Part shown: in pieces, positions 48,705 to 63,361 of the stretch
Numbering within the stretch: the stretch's first letter is position 1
Layout: the number at the start of each line of letters is the position of its first letter
Origin: Octopus sinensis
Lineage: Eukaryota
Direction of reading: 5' to 3'
Length of the DNA: 64,000 nucleotides
NCBI RefSeq assembly: GCF_006345805.1
Contig: NC_043005.1
Coordinates: 46,686,001-46,750,000, forward strand
Notes under the pieces: model-generated
What the model saw: only the letters and a program-made list of their open reading frames with translations
What the model was told of the DNA's origin: nothing
Databases searched by the model: none
Program-made: the position numbers and the translations under genes

Positions 48705-49140
48705 TTTTACTTGTCTCAGTTATTGGAATTCGGCCATGCTGGGGCAGCACCTTCAATGGTTTTAGTCGAATGAATCGAATACCGTACTTATTTTTATAAA
48801 CATGGTACCTATTCTACCGCATTGCCCAGTTACTGGGACATCAGCAAACCAACATCGGTTGTCAAGTGGTGGTGGAGGACAAGCACAAAAACAAATACAC
48901 ACACAGACATACATACATAAGCATACTCTCGCGTACACACACACACAAACACATACATTGACATACACAAAGAAATACGTGCATACTTATACGAAAAGCT
49001 TCTTTCAACCTTCGTCTAATAAATCAATTCACAAGTCTTTGATTGACTCGGAGTTATAGTAGAAGGTTCCTCGCTGTGGAACTGAGACCAGAACCATGTG
49101 GTTGAGAAGCACACTTCTCACCACAAAAGCACACCTACGA
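48705..49140 (-). mobile_element. SINE family A
   Basis: Tail, internal (CA), head gctgtggaactgagaccagaaccatgtggttg. Confidence 0.75.
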
Positions 49141-49684
49141 CTATACAGGTGCGAGTGGAGGAAGAAAAAATACCTATCTGCTTGAGCTTACTGTAAAAAT
49201 GAAAAAAAAAAAAATCTGTTTGAGTAGGCCTATGACCAAAACCGTATTAGAAAGCCTCATCCTGTCTCTTGATGCGTCTCTAAACGACATTGTCCAGCTC
49301 CTTTCTTTTTTCGTGACAATAGTATCTGATTTTAGGAATACTTGACCCTATTTCAAGCAGGTCGAGCGTTGAGGTTGTTGTTATTGAGCTCCAGCTCAGG
49401 TATTATTGAGCAAACATATAACGAAAGGCATTCCAGCTGTGACCACGCTATCTCTTTTTGCATATGTCCATACCATTGATTTGCATACGATGTGAGGATG
49501 ATTTAGGTGCTAAATCTAAGAAGTTGAGTGATTGCTCAGCAGCCACTTGTTTGCTTTAAATAAAATGTGTGTACATACACCTGTTTGAGAAACTGTAAAA
49601 TTATATTGAGTTACATTCTTACATAAATACAAACGCATATAAACGCACATGTATATATATATGCACGTGTGTATGTGTGTGCGT

Positions 49685-50090
49685 GTGCGTGGCTGTGTGG
49701 TAGGAAGCTTGCTTCCTAACCACATGGTTCAGGGTTCAGTCCCACTGTGTGGGAACTTTGGCAAGTGTCATCTACTGTAGTCTCGGGCCGACCAAATCCC
49801 TGTGAGTGGATTTGGTAGACAGAAACTGTAAGAAGCTTGTCGTGTATGTGTGTGTATACATACATATATACATATATAAATACATACATACATACACATA
49901 TATGTATGTATATGTAGTATTTATTTGTGTTTGTCATCCCGCCATCTCTTGACAACCGATGCTAGTCTATTTATGCCACTGTTATTTAGCAGTCCGGCAA
50001 AAGAGATCGATAGAATAAGTACTAAATCCCCTCTAAGGCGGTGCTCCAGCATAGCTGCAGTCAAGTGACTGAAATGAGTAAAGGAAGAGA
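49685..50090 (+). mobile_element. SINE family A
   Basis: gtggctgtgtggtaggaagcttgcttcctaaccacatggttcagggttcagtccc...tail gcagtcaagtgactgaaa. Confidence 0.85.
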
Positions 50091-51450
50091 AAAACTAAAA
50101 GATATATATATATATCAATGAACATGAGCAATATAATGAAAGTAAAACGAATAGTCAGAAGTGGAGCCAAACCAACTTCTGTATAGCCAAGTGGCTGCGC
50201 ATAAATCCAGCCGCGTTACTGAGCAAAAAATTTGCCCATAACTTGTTTTATTTGTAATTAATACAGAGTCGTAGATATGATTACGGTGGGATATGAATTT
50301 TATGTAAGTAAACACATTACTTGTCGTCAACTGATGTATTATTGTTTTTATGACAACCAAACAAGAGAGCAAGAACCTTTCGTTGCCAAGTATATTCATG
50401 CCCGTTCAGCGTTAGATTATGGTGATCGAAGGAAGATTAGCCTCGTATATTTTGCAATAATCCAGAAGCAATGTTTCCGCCGTAATCACCGACTGCAAAC
50501 CATCCGCCGTTTCTGTCTATATATATATAATATATCTGTCTATATAAAAACAGCAATTTCTGCTTATGTGCCTTATCGCACACATTCTATCTTTCCCCCT
50601 TTTGACTATTAATATGCATCAGAGTACGCTTATATCGAACACATTCTGTCGAAACCCAGGGGCGATGAAGGTAGATGATGCGTATAATCTCATAGCACGA
50701 GCGCTGTTTCCGTAAATACTAAAGTGGAAGGGAAAAAAATGCCGCAAAAGAAACAAAAAAAACCAACAGAACAAAACAAAAAAACAGACAACGCAAAAAC
50801 AAATATGAAAGGAAAAAAAAATCAAACACAAAAAGGAAAGAAAAAAAAGAAAAAAAAGAAGCCAAAACGTGTCGAATGTTCAATCTCTTATTTATGCTTT
50901 GATAAAAATCATATTTTTCCGCTTTCTTTTTATAGAATATTTTTTTTCCAGACGTGATGGTAATGGAGGTGGAAGATATGGAAACGTGGGCAGATTTTAT
51001 GACACTAAGTAGTTATTTCCTCTTCTCTTTTATTTCTTGTTTATGGTTGATCTCTTGATATGTTCTACACATAGCGATAGCTTGCGGGTAATTTTTCAGC
51101 CCTGCCTTTGCATATTACATACAAATAGTTGAACAAGCAAGACACTAATGATGTTGTTATTTCGCTGTCTGAGGCCTATACCATTGTTGCCTTATCAGGT
51201 TTTTATAGCTGAACATTACACAGCATTGTTATGGGCTTCATGTTGCAAACGTGCGTACGGACGTGCACACACGCATCCCCCCACCTACACACAGCCTAAC
51301 AAGTATACGTATATGTAAAGGCATACATATATACATACAGATAGACAATTACAGAAAAATATACTATATAGATAGAAAGAAGAGTATTTATTTACAGAAA
51401 CGTATCATAACGACAAATGTGTATACATTCACGGTCACATAAATATATTG

Positions 51451-51520
<70 letters not shown>

Positions 51521-51532
51521 AAAATATATATG

Positions 51533-51563
<31 letters not shown>

Positions 51564-51783
51564 TGCATATGCATATATATATATTATATATAATATATAT
51601 ATATGCATATATACATGCATACACACATACACACACACATATATATATATGTATACATACATGCATATATATATGTGTGTGTTTGTGTGTGTGTGTGCAT
51701 GTTGCATGTGGCTATACATTTACTTCATACCAATAACTGCGCAAATAAAAATCATAATTGTTTGCCATACAAATATTTAGTAA

Positions 51784-51834
<51 letters not shown>

Positions 51835-52424
51835 TATATATATTATATATAATATATATATAATATATCTATATATATTATAATGTACACACACACACGA
51901 ATATATCTATGTATATATAATATATATATATGTACGTGTATATATATATATATTATATTGTGTATGTACATATATATAATTCGGAATGGTCATATTGCCA
52001 GTTTAGCCAATAAAAATATTTAAACGTACATATATATATATATATATATATATAACATACACGTCCTCTTACACATCACTGATTAGATAGATATATTGAC
52101 TATAATTTATGGTTATTTCACTATCATCTTTGATATATGGCGAGGAATGTGTGTGTGTGTGTGTGTATGCGAGTGCGAATGGAGATGGGGGTTCACACGC
52201 ATACGCACACAATTATATATATATTTTATTTACAAATACACACGCGTAGGCACGGACATGCACATGGGCGCGAACTCACACACTCCTATGTACACATATA
52301 ATATAGATAGACTGGCGTATAGATCAACAAATATATTTATATAGTTATATTTGTGAAGGTTTGTATGTGTCTGGGTGTTTTTATCTATCTTTGCCTGCAT
52401 ATAAACATAGCTATGCATTTATTA

Positions 52425-52484
<60 letters not shown>

Positions 52485-53199
52485 ATATATATAATATAGA
52501 TATATATATATATATAGATAGATAGATATAGATAGATAAACATACATATACATACATATACATATGTATATTTTTATATATGTATATATATATATATATA
52601 TACACATACATACTCGTATGTATATGTGTATATATGTATATGTATATATAATGCATATATGATGTATACATATATATGACCACTTTAGATGCTATAAATC
52701 AGTCTCCTAAGGGCAAATATGAAGAATCAACGCTTTTTTTACGACCTATTCATACTGCACATTTCGTTCTGTTGAGTGTCATACCAGAACTGCTTGTTAG
52801 CCTCTCTATGAAAGGCTGACTACCTTTTGTAATACTTCTTGTAGTTTACTAGCTGAAGGTAGCAAGTTCTGAAACGGGATAACAACTTGTTGAAACTATC
52901 CATTGACTTGATATTTCCGCCATCTTTTTTTGCATGCAGTAGCACGTATTATTCTACACCCTTTTATTTCTATCTCATGTACCAGACTCTTATATCCGAA
53001 ATCGTTTAATTCTTTTTAAATATTTCATGTACAGCTTTAAAATGGATTTACCTCTGTTTTGTACAAATTTAATCTGTTCAGACATAATGATCTCAAATTA
53101 TACCAGACAGGTGATCATATAAGAACAAGCTGTGATCATAGAAGAAAGCTTATGAAAGGAAGCTTGCCAAACATATATATATATATATAAAATATAGAT

Positions 53200-53560
53200 C
53201 TATGTACACCCATCATCGACCCTACCATATCACTGACTCCTTCACCTGCACATCATTTACTGCATCTCCTGCTCTCTCTCTGTCCTTCTCTGCACATCGG
53301 TCAAACGGGACGCCGCTTGGCTGACCGGTTCGCAAAACACCTCTGAGACATCAGACTCGGCAACGACACCCCGGTCTCGCGCCATTTCCGCTCTACCGGT
53401 CATTCTTTAGAACACCTGCCTGTGTTCGGATTGTCGTTGCACAAGGGCCATCGAGACTCCCGTCTTCGCCGTGAACAGGAATTAATCTTCTCTCTTCGCT
53501 CCTTTGCTCCACATGGGCTCAACTTCCCTTCACGTAACTCCCCTCCCCTCTCTTCCCTTC
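53200..53560 (+). pseudogene. Penelope-like GIY-YIG C-terminal fragment
   Basis: IIYCISCSL..SLHIGQTGRRLADRFAKHL*DIRLGNDTPVSRHFRSTGHSLEHLPVFGLSLHKGHRDSRLRREQELIFSLRSFAPHGLN. Confidence 0.9.
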
Positions 53561-54268
53561 ACACCTACTTCCTCTCTTCACTCCCACCCACCTCTCCTCT
53601 CCTCTCTTGCTTTGAAACCTACTTCCTCTCTTCACTCATACCCACCTTCTCCCCTCCATCCTATAGGGTGGCTTTAAGCTAGTATATATATATATACAGA
53701 GAGAAAGAGAGAGAGAGTCGAAACAAACGCAAGGAATAGGTTATTGATATTCCTAGTCATTCACATATTACAATACTCTTTCACCCGTCATGTTTCTCAG
53801 ATGAAAAATATCACAATATAAAAGCAGATTGAAAATATTACCCTTACGTAAACCAAAGAATCCTGTTCGAACAAAGAACAAACAATTACATAGGTAATAA
53901 ATAATGATAACGATTATGATACACACATTCATAGAGAAATCGAAGAAAATATATATATGAATAAAAATATGTAGAGGTATAAAGAACGAAATAGAGTGAA
54001 CATGAGAAAAAAGTGAAAACGAAAATGAAGGCTATTAAGAGACGAGGATAGATAAAAATGAGAAAAATAAGAATAAAAACAAAACAGGAACAGAACAAAA
54101 GAATAGGAATTAGGGTAAAATATTGATAACATGATATTAAATTATAAGCATAGCAAGGCCAGAAGTCATAAACTTCACAGAGAAAGAAGTCATTCGACTA
54201 TAATGATGATAAATTAATTAGAACAAACCGAATATTACATACATAGAGTTACGTACATATATATATAT

Positions 54269-54339
<71 letters not shown>

Positions 54340-54342
<3 letters not shown>

Positions 54343-55160
54343 CGCGCACATACACAGACACACTTGCATGCATACGTAAATACATACATACATTCAAACG
54401 TACACGCATATATATGCGTATTTTCGCATATATACATATACATAAATGCATACATACACATATACATACATGCATACATAAATACATTCATACACATATA
54501 CATACATGCATACATAAATACATTCATACATATATACATACATGGAGGTACGTTGGGATATACACGCACACACATACACACACACACGTACATGTATACA
54601 TAAATACATACATACATTCAAACGTACACGCATATATACGTATTTTCACATATATACATATACATAAATGCATACATACACATATACATACATGCATATA
54701 TAAATACATTCATACACATATACATACATGGAGGTACGTTCGGATATACACGCACACACATACACACACACGCATGCATGTATACATAAATACATACATA
54801 CATTCAAACGTACACGCATGCATACATATGTTCACATATATACACATACATAAATGCATACATACACACTCATATACACACATACGTACATACATACACA
54901 TATAATACATACATACACACATACACATACATGCCTGCATACAAACACATATACATACATGCATACATAAATACATACATACACATATACATACATGGAG
55001 GTACGTACGGATATACACACAAACGCACACACACACTTGCATGCATACATAAGTACATAAATACATTCAAACGTACACGCATACACACACATGTCAGAAA
55101 TGTACACATTCATAAATGCAGACATACACACCCACATACACACACACGTAAGTACATATA
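54340..55160. repeat. Compound minisatellite (~3.5 units of 186-267 bp)
   Basis: cattcaaacgtacacgcat at 54391, 54615, 54801, 55064; catggaggtacg at 54541, 54727, 54994. Confidence 0.9.
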
Positions 55161-56039
55161 CTTATACATACATACATACATACACACATACATACACATA
55201 CATGCTTACATACATACACATATACATACATAAAGAAATATGTAGATAAGCACATAATACATACATACATACATACATAAATACATAAATACATACATAC
55301 ATACATACATACATACATACATACATACATACATAAATACATACACACATACGTATATATTCATGATAGGTGCATCTCGATTTTGGGCAATACCATCGCT
55401 TGCTGTTTCTCATGAAGCAGCATAGATGTAGATCTTCAGTCGTACTAGGGGCCTAAAATCTTTCGCATGGAAAATGCAACGGTTAGAGTTTCTTGCAGCC
55501 GGCGCGCACAGAGTAACCACTCACACTAACATGTGCCTTTATATCATTATTGAATTTTTCATTCAGTGATTTACCTTTTCCAACTACAGCCAGTCGTAAT
55601 ATGCAATGCATAAAAGCGATGTTAAAGATCAAGAAATGACTGTGTCTGAAGAATCTATAAGTGACGAAAGGCTTTGCACATAGCAAATCTCATTTTGTAA
55701 ACAAAGTATCCGTTTGCTTCAAAATAAGTAGTATCTTACATCATAAGATGCAAACGATGTGGAAATTCTTACATGAAATGTTTTCATTCGCCTAGAAAGC
55801 TGTCTAAGAACATACTAAGAGGTCTTACACTCTAATCTGTTGGATGGGCATTGACTCTGCAGAGTTCTAGTACAGAGAGACAACAGGGTAACGCCGTTAA
55901 TGGGAGAGGTTGGGAAGGGTAGAGTGTAGTAACGGAAAGAAACAGGTTTTATACATGCATTTAAACATACACACACACACACATGCATGCAAAACAGCTC
56001 TAGCTCTAATTCTAACCACCACCGTTAAACAATTCTTGT

Positions 56040-56229
56040 ATCTTTTATCTTTTACTTGCTTCAGTCATTTGACTGCGGCCATACGGGAGCACTGCCTCGA
56101 AACATTTTTATCGAATGTAAATTCTGGTGCTTATTATATCCGTCCCTTTTGCCGAACCACTATGTTATGGAGGCGTAAACAAACTACCACTGGTTGTCAA
56201 GCGGTGGCGGGGAAAAACACAGACACAAA

Positions 56230-56273
<44 letters not shown>

Positions 56274-56410
56274 CAACGGGCTTCTTTCAGTTTCCATCTT
56301 TCGAAACCACCCATAAGCCTTTGGTTGTCGCGAAGCTATAGTAGAAGGGACTTGCCCAAGGTGCCACGCAGTAGGACTGAACCCGGAACCATCTGATTGA
56401 GGAGCCTGCG
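56040..56410 (-). mobile_element. SINE family A
   Basis: ttttacttgcttcagtcatttgactgcggcc...ccaaggtgccacgcagtaggactgaacccggaacc. Confidence 0.8.
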
Positions 56411-57254
56411 CTTGTGGACAAGATTATGTCACACTGCACAGCAGAAAGATACAGTATACTGTCATCCGAAGATTAAACATCTTGGAAGAAACCATAGAAG
56501 TAGGCAAAATGTCCATTTCAACGTAGACATTGATTAACATTGTCTAGTGACAGAAAAAATTGAAACCTTATACAATGTTGCCTTCCGTCAACCAAGAATG
56601 TGGACAGCATATCTATGTTCTACTGATACTCTACAAAAGAAGATAATTATTGACAGAATACTAAAAGCATAACAAAATGCTAAAATAAACATATAAATGC
56701 AGGCGACGAAGAAAAATAAATACCTAATCGATAATATGAAATTCGAACGGTTATGTATACATCAATTACATGGGTTCAGCGCAGAATAAAAATGTAGCAA
56801 CACGTCCGAATTATTTTATACTCATAATGAGACCAAGGGAATCTAAAATCGTTGATGAGATAGCTGTAAATACGCACACACACACACAAACACATACGCT
56901 CGCGCACACATACACACGCGTACAGAATCTTGGTTTTGGAGGTGCATAAATGAACTCAAGGGCCTAGACCTGGAACAAAAATTACACAGCACTTGTTGTA
57001 TATGTGGTTAAAATACAGAACCGTCTCGTAGAAAAATTTGCAAATACATCACGTTATATCAGAAAATTTTCACAATTACCTTAACTCGGACGATAAAAAA
57101 AGTAAATAATGAAGGGAGATAATGCGTGTGAGAAGAAACTATGTAGTCACAAACAACCATATATATGTGTGTGAGCGTGTGTGTTTGTGTGTGTGTGTGT
57201 ATACATCTCTACATGTATATATATTTATATACATATATGTATGTATGCATGTAT

Positions 57255-57425
57255 ATGGCAGAATCTTTAACACACCGTTCTTACTTTATGAGCTCAAATT
57301 CCACTGTGGTCGACTTTCCATATCATTCTTTGGGATTCGATAAAATAAATATCGGTAAAGCACTGGAGTCCATGTAATCGACTAAACCTATCTCCCTTAA
57401 CATTTCACAAATTGTACCTATAATA
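57255..57425 (+). mobile_element. SINE family B, degenerate
   Basis: gagctcaaattccactgtggtcgactttcc..tcattc...cgataaaataa. Confidence 0.6.
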
Positions 57426-57612
57426 GAAATAATACACACAAACACACACACATACACTCACATATATATCAACATAACTCAACATTTATATATATATATA
57501 TGTCATAAGCATAAGATCACACAATTATTGTTGGCATACATTATATACACAGAAGCACAATACATACGTATGGGTGTATACAAAAGTACATACACATGCC
57601 TATCATTATGGT

Positions 57613-57689
<77 letters not shown>

Positions 57690-57691
<2 letters not shown>

Positions 57692-57850
57692 ATAGGAGTG
57701 GCTGTGTGGTAAGTAGCTTGCTTACAAACCACATGGTTCCGGGTTCAGTCCCACTGCGTGGCACTTGGGTAAGTGTCTTCTACTATAGCCTCGGGTCGAC
57801 CAAAGCCTTGTGAGTGGATTTGGTAGGCGGAAACGGAAGGAAGCCCGTCG
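57690..57850 (+). mobile_element. SINE family A head to internal microsatellite
   Basis: taggagtggctgtgtggtaagtagcttgcttac...ttgggtaagtgtcttctactatagcctcggg...gaagcccgtcg(TA)n. Confidence 0.85.
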
Positions 57851-57880
57851 TATATATGTATATATATATAATATATATAT

Positions 57881-57988
<108 letters not shown>

Positions 57989-58252
57989 ATGTGTGTGTGT
58001 ATGTAAATTACTTTTTGAAACATTGGAACTCGAAACATATAAAGCTAGAAATAATAGCATGTAAATATGAAGTTAAAAACTCTTTGGATGATAAGATGTC
58101 GAACGCAGTAAGAATGTATATATGCTTCGAGGTTCAGCGTTCCACAAATGTATTATTTCACGTTCATCTCATTTCTAAGTTCTTATGACGTCAATAATAT
58201 ATGCATATATATATATATATACACATATATACAAACATACATACATACATGC

Positions 58253-58293
<41 letters not shown>

Positions 58294-59289
58294 CCTACAC
58301 ACACACAAATATAGATAGATGCATACATATATATATATACATACATTACATACGTATCCATATTTCTTTCCACATAATTAGACCTATTTCTAAATGTAAT
58401 TATATACATATAAATATACACACACGTGCGCATATATACATATAAACACACACACGCACACCACACACACACACAAATATATACATATATAGGCACAAAC
58501 ATATATTAAATACGTACCGTCCTTTCTATTTGTAACGAACGAGTTTTGTCTTCGATTTCTTTGTAGATTTGCAGTAATTAATTCCTTTGTCGATTAGGCA
58601 AGATAACTTCAAAAAGTTAGTGCTCAGTCTAAATTATATGTAGAGATTATCTATTCTCAAGATTACAAATGGTGTAGTTAGATCACTTGTGTATTTTAAT
58701 TACGAGCCGGTAACAGAGAATGAGGAAATGGGAGCGGGGGGACCCTCGAATACATCTATCAATGTATTAAGCATCCAACACTATTAGATGTTTTGAATAG
58801 TTGAAAAGTGTTTAAAAGATAGGCAGAGGAACCACATTTTGTTCTCTTTAGAGTAGATTGGAAATGATGTAGTTGCTGGATTGATTTCATCGTTACGAAA
58901 TTAAATTACCTCTAGCTGTATAGCTAAAGAAACTACCAGTAAATAGTTTAATGTAAATAACTATTAAAACAAAACCTAATTAAAGTACTACTTGTATAAC
59001 GGTAATATATAATTGAAATCAGATAATTGTCTATTAAATGTCAGTTTACTTTTAATTAGAAGTGAGGAGTCTGCTATATGTAAGTGCTATTTGTACAGAG
59101 GGTTGGTGTCAAGTTTGTTTCTCGTTGCTTTTTTTTTTTTTTATTAAATACTGTTTCTGAGACTTTTGGAATATATCAGAAATCGTTGAGTTCCATCATC
59201 TCTTGTAGGAGCATGAATCAACTCACCAATAAAGTTTTTCTCACCAATATGACATTTCGAGATGGAAATTTCAATATTCTTATGTGACA

Positions 59290-59299
59290 AATATCTACC

Positions 59300-59348
<49 letters not shown>

Positions 59349-59349
59349 G

Positions 59350-59413
<64 letters not shown>

Positions 59414-59445
59414 GCCATCCATCCATCCATCCATCTATCTATCTG

Positions 59446-59508
<63 letters not shown>

Positions 59509-59525
59509 GTATGTATGTCTGTCTG
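59290..59525. repeat. (CTGT)n/(CTAT)n/(CCAT)n compound microsatellite
   Basis: Direct reading. Confidence 0.95.
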
Positions 59526-59749
59526 TCTGTGTATGTGTGAGGGTTTGAGGTTTGAAGTAATATATCACCTGGGCGGATACCGTGGTGACTCTCAGTTATG
59601 TTCCAGGTTACAGCTAACCACATCAATCAGTATTTAACGTATATGACTACTATTAGTTGTCAGTCACTCTGAAAATTACTTCGATAGGTAATTCCGTGTT
59701 CGCTTCACTGGTCTGTAATATTGTTTGGAGTATATATTAGCAATAATTG

Positions 59750-60440
59750 TAACGATATAGAACATTCAGACTTGTTTATCCAAAAATTTATTTACTCTTA
59801 TTTGACAATTTTATGCAACATATTATTATGGTCTTTATGAACTACACATATTTCCACTTAACAGATTACAGGTAGTTACAGATGCAACCTGGCACGATTT
59901 TCGGTGCAGCTTCTTCAAGGTCTATCCACTTGGCTAGTTGGGGTTCGAGGGTGGTAGTGGTAGCTAGGCTTCGTGGGTGGCGGTGGATTTCTTTTGAAAT
60001 TGAAATCTGATCAGTTTGTAAATTTCTGCGATTGACTTCAAATTCACAATAGTTGCTGTCCGAAGTCAGGTTTCAGTCTAATTAGATCAAGGTCGACGGT
60101 AGTGTTTTCGCAGAGATCCTTGTGTATTGTGGTGCTTGGGTAAGCTGTAGCCTATGTTTCAAGTGTGGTGCTTGTAGTGTAATGTTTTTAGTTGTTCATA
60201 TTAACATTTTTTTTTGGTGTGTTGTTTAAGTTTTGCAGAATGCAATGGATAGAGTACATGCTAGATTTGTTATAGAGTGCCATGAATTGTTTGGGTTTAG
60301 GATGTGTTTAATCTATCCTTCCACACTCAAATGTGGGTGGAGTATTGGTTATCAAGAACTTTCTTTAAATGTTTTAAAAGTCTTATGTTTGTGAATATTT
60401 TGAGGATGAACAAGTTTCCATGTTCTATATCGTTAAGATT
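59750..60440 (-). pseudogene. Highly decayed LINE remnant (possibly I/Jockey-like)
   Basis: A/C-rich minus strand with fragmentary thumb-like peptides (NLNNT..EQLKTL..); weak similarity only. Confidence 0.3.
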
Positions 60441-60444
60441 ATTG

Positions 60445-60496
<52 letters not shown>

Positions 60497-60792
60497 CGAT
60501 GGTGAGTCAAAAAATAATGCCATTTTGTTTAGGACAGTTATAATTACCAACACAGAAACATGTATCATACATCAAAATGAAGCTTGTCCTCTGTGGATCA
60601 CGTCCTTACTTCTCAACATAGTTACCGTTTTTCTCAATAGCAATGTTCCACCTTCGAATGAAAGCATGTATCCCTGCCCCGTAAAATTCCGTTGCCTGTC
60701 TTTGAGTCACTTCTTCACTACACTTTTCACTTTCACATCACTGGAATAATATTTGCCTCTCAAACCCTCTTTCATGGGGCCGAAGAGATGAT
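60497..60792 (-). mobile_element. Mariner 3' fragment with TIR (copy 1)
   Basis: rc DYHLFGPMKEGLRGKYYSSDVKVKSVVKK*LK...FYGAGIHAFIRRWNIAIEKNGNYVEK*; TA|cgatggtgagtcaaaa. Confidence 0.9.
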
Positions 60793-60814
60793 AGTCTAGT
60801 GACGATGATAGTCC

Positions 60815-60920
60815 AGATGACGAGGAAGTGAAAACTGTAGTGAAAAAGTGGCTCAAAGAACAATCAACAGAATTTTACGGGGCAGGTATACATGCTCTCA
60901 TTCGAAGGTGGAACATTGCT
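60815..60920 (+). mobile_element. Inverted mariner fragment
   Basis: DDEEVKTVVKKWLKEQSTEFYGAGIHALIRRWNIA. Confidence 0.9.
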
Positions 60921-61038
60921 AAATGTGTAAATATTAAAATCGTCAGTTTAATAACTTACAATTACACACACAAACATGCACATATGTAAATATGTGCATG
61001 TTTATGTATATATGTATATGCGTGTATGTGCGAGTGGT

Positions 61039-61087
<49 letters not shown>

Positions 61088-61164
61088 TGTAAGTTATTAA
61101 ACTGACGATTTTAATATTTACACATATATACAAACATACATGTACATTCATAAATATATATATA

Positions 61165-61366
61165 CGAGGGTGAGTCAAAACGTAATACCATTTTACTTAG
61201 GACAAGTATAATTAGCAATACAGAAACATGTATCATACATCAAAGTGAAGCTGGTCCTCTGTGGATCACATCCCTACTTCTCAACGTAGTCACCGTTTCT
61301 CTCAATAGCAATGTTCCACCTTCGAATGAGAGCATGTATACCTGCCCCGTAAAATTCTGTTGATTG
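61165..61366 (-). mobile_element. Mariner 3' fragment with TIR (copy 2)
   Basis: TA|cgagggtgagtcaaaa..., paralogous to 60497; last 60 bp are the exact rc of 60861-60920. Confidence 0.9.
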
Positions 61367-61579
61367 TGCATATACAAATATATATAGGCACAATCATATA
61401 ATAGATATATATCTTCCATTCTGTTTGTATGTGTGTGTGTATGTGTGTGTGTTAGCAGGCACCCACATGGATATGGTTCAAACTATTTGGAAAATGCCCT
61501 GTTAAAAAACATCCTACCACAGAAAGATACACTTTAGTGGAAGATGCTATAGATGTAAAGAGCAGTTGGTTACTGGTAC

Positions 61580-61800
61580 TCAGCTTTAAGCTCCTTGAGA
61601 TGGTTGTAGTCGCTTACATCAAGCAAAATGCTTTACAGCATTTTGTCTGTCTTTATGTTCTGAATTAAAATTCAGAAATTGCCTTTTATCATTCTGAGTC
61701 GATAAAATAAGTACCATTTGATCTACAGGAGTCGATGTAATCGATTTAACCCCTCCCCGAAATTGTTGACCTTGTGCCACAATCTGAAACCAATATTACC
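61580..61800 (+). mobile_element. SINE family B, degenerate
   Basis: gtctgtctttatgttctgaatt..ttgccttttatcattctgagtcgataaaataagtacc...gtcgatgtaatcgatttaacc. Confidence 0.65.
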
Positions 61801-63303
61801 GAAAGGAAATATTCTATGCCATGGAAGCCAGAAGCGGGTGGAGGATCTTGGCCGTGCCAGTCTTAACAGACACAACTCGATGATGATTATATCTAACGTT
61901 ATATTTAAAATAATAAATTAAAGATGTTTGATTGAAGAAAGAGAAAAAAATATTCCTCATACTGAAAGAAACCATTTTTACTATTACCCAAGAATTTATT
62001 CTGGTATGAAATTCTATCTCTAACTATTTCAAATTAATTATTGCAGACACCAAGGCAACCTGCAACTCGTAATAATTGAATCGATGCATGAGAATTTATG
62101 GTACAATCTAATATTCTGAAACTAACATATTTTGCATATTGACAAAAAGATATTAATTTCTATTAATTCTAGTTTGTTCTAAATCGATTTATGCTGAACA
62201 TTAAACGTGGACATATTAAAGTAAACCTCTTTAAGGATTCGCAAGATTTTCTACAGATTTCAGCAATATTAAAATTTTTGAACGAAATCACTGATACCAT
62301 AATTATGTACAGGATATCACCAAGTAAGACAAGTAAGACAATTAGGGACTCGGCTTAAAAAAAAAATTGAAATTACTATCCGAAATCAGCCTCCATTTTA
62401 GGCGCCAGCTTGGCTTCAGTCCGCTTAATTTTCATTTCTTTCGTTAATTGGCTCTGTAAGGGATGTTTAATTAATTAAGACACCTCATTTTGCCTCGTAC
62501 ATTCCATTTCACGTTCGTAATGGAAAGGTTTGCAGAGAGTTTCTCGTTAACAACAGAAAAGAGATATACAATTACAGTTGAATAATGAGGAACGTTGCTA
62601 TGTCATAATTTTATACATGCCCATACTGTTCAGCGGAAAACGAAGGACGAGCTTTATCAACGACATGGTTTCAATCCCACTATCAGGAGTTATTGTATTT
62701 TACAAGTGCCAAAACTCTCACTGTGAAGAGAATGAATGTCACAGATACATCACTGTCGTGTTTCATTAATACACCGTCTATAAAAAATATATTGTGCCAT
62801 TAGACATAGGCATCTATTTGGACATCGTCGTCGTTTAGTGGCAAACACATTAGTGCGATTGCAAATTCTCAAGGAACTTTAAAGAAATTTCGGTTTCGAT
62901 TTTCAATTGAAATTTTTTCCTTAATGCTCCTTATTGTATTGTGAAATTGTACTGTAAAACAAACCAACATAAAATTATTTGCTGATTATTTAATTACTTC
63001 TTATAGATTGCCAATTGAAACGAAGATGTACATGATACCTATGTCAGTGCATAGTAGAACACAATTTGATTATATGAATGTGAGATTACGGGTAGATTTA
63101 ATGACAATAGTGTAAAACTCTGGACATGCTATTACAGTACTTCAGATCTGATTTTCATGGGAAGTCATTCATTTTGACAAAGCACAGGATCAAATTTCAA
63201 ACGCTGCCAAGGAATGGACTTCCTTCTTTCGAGTTGACTGACTTCAAGCAACTTTCACATGTAAATGTGCATACATACATACAATAATACGTACATATGC
63301 ATG

Positions 63304-63361
<58 letters not shown>

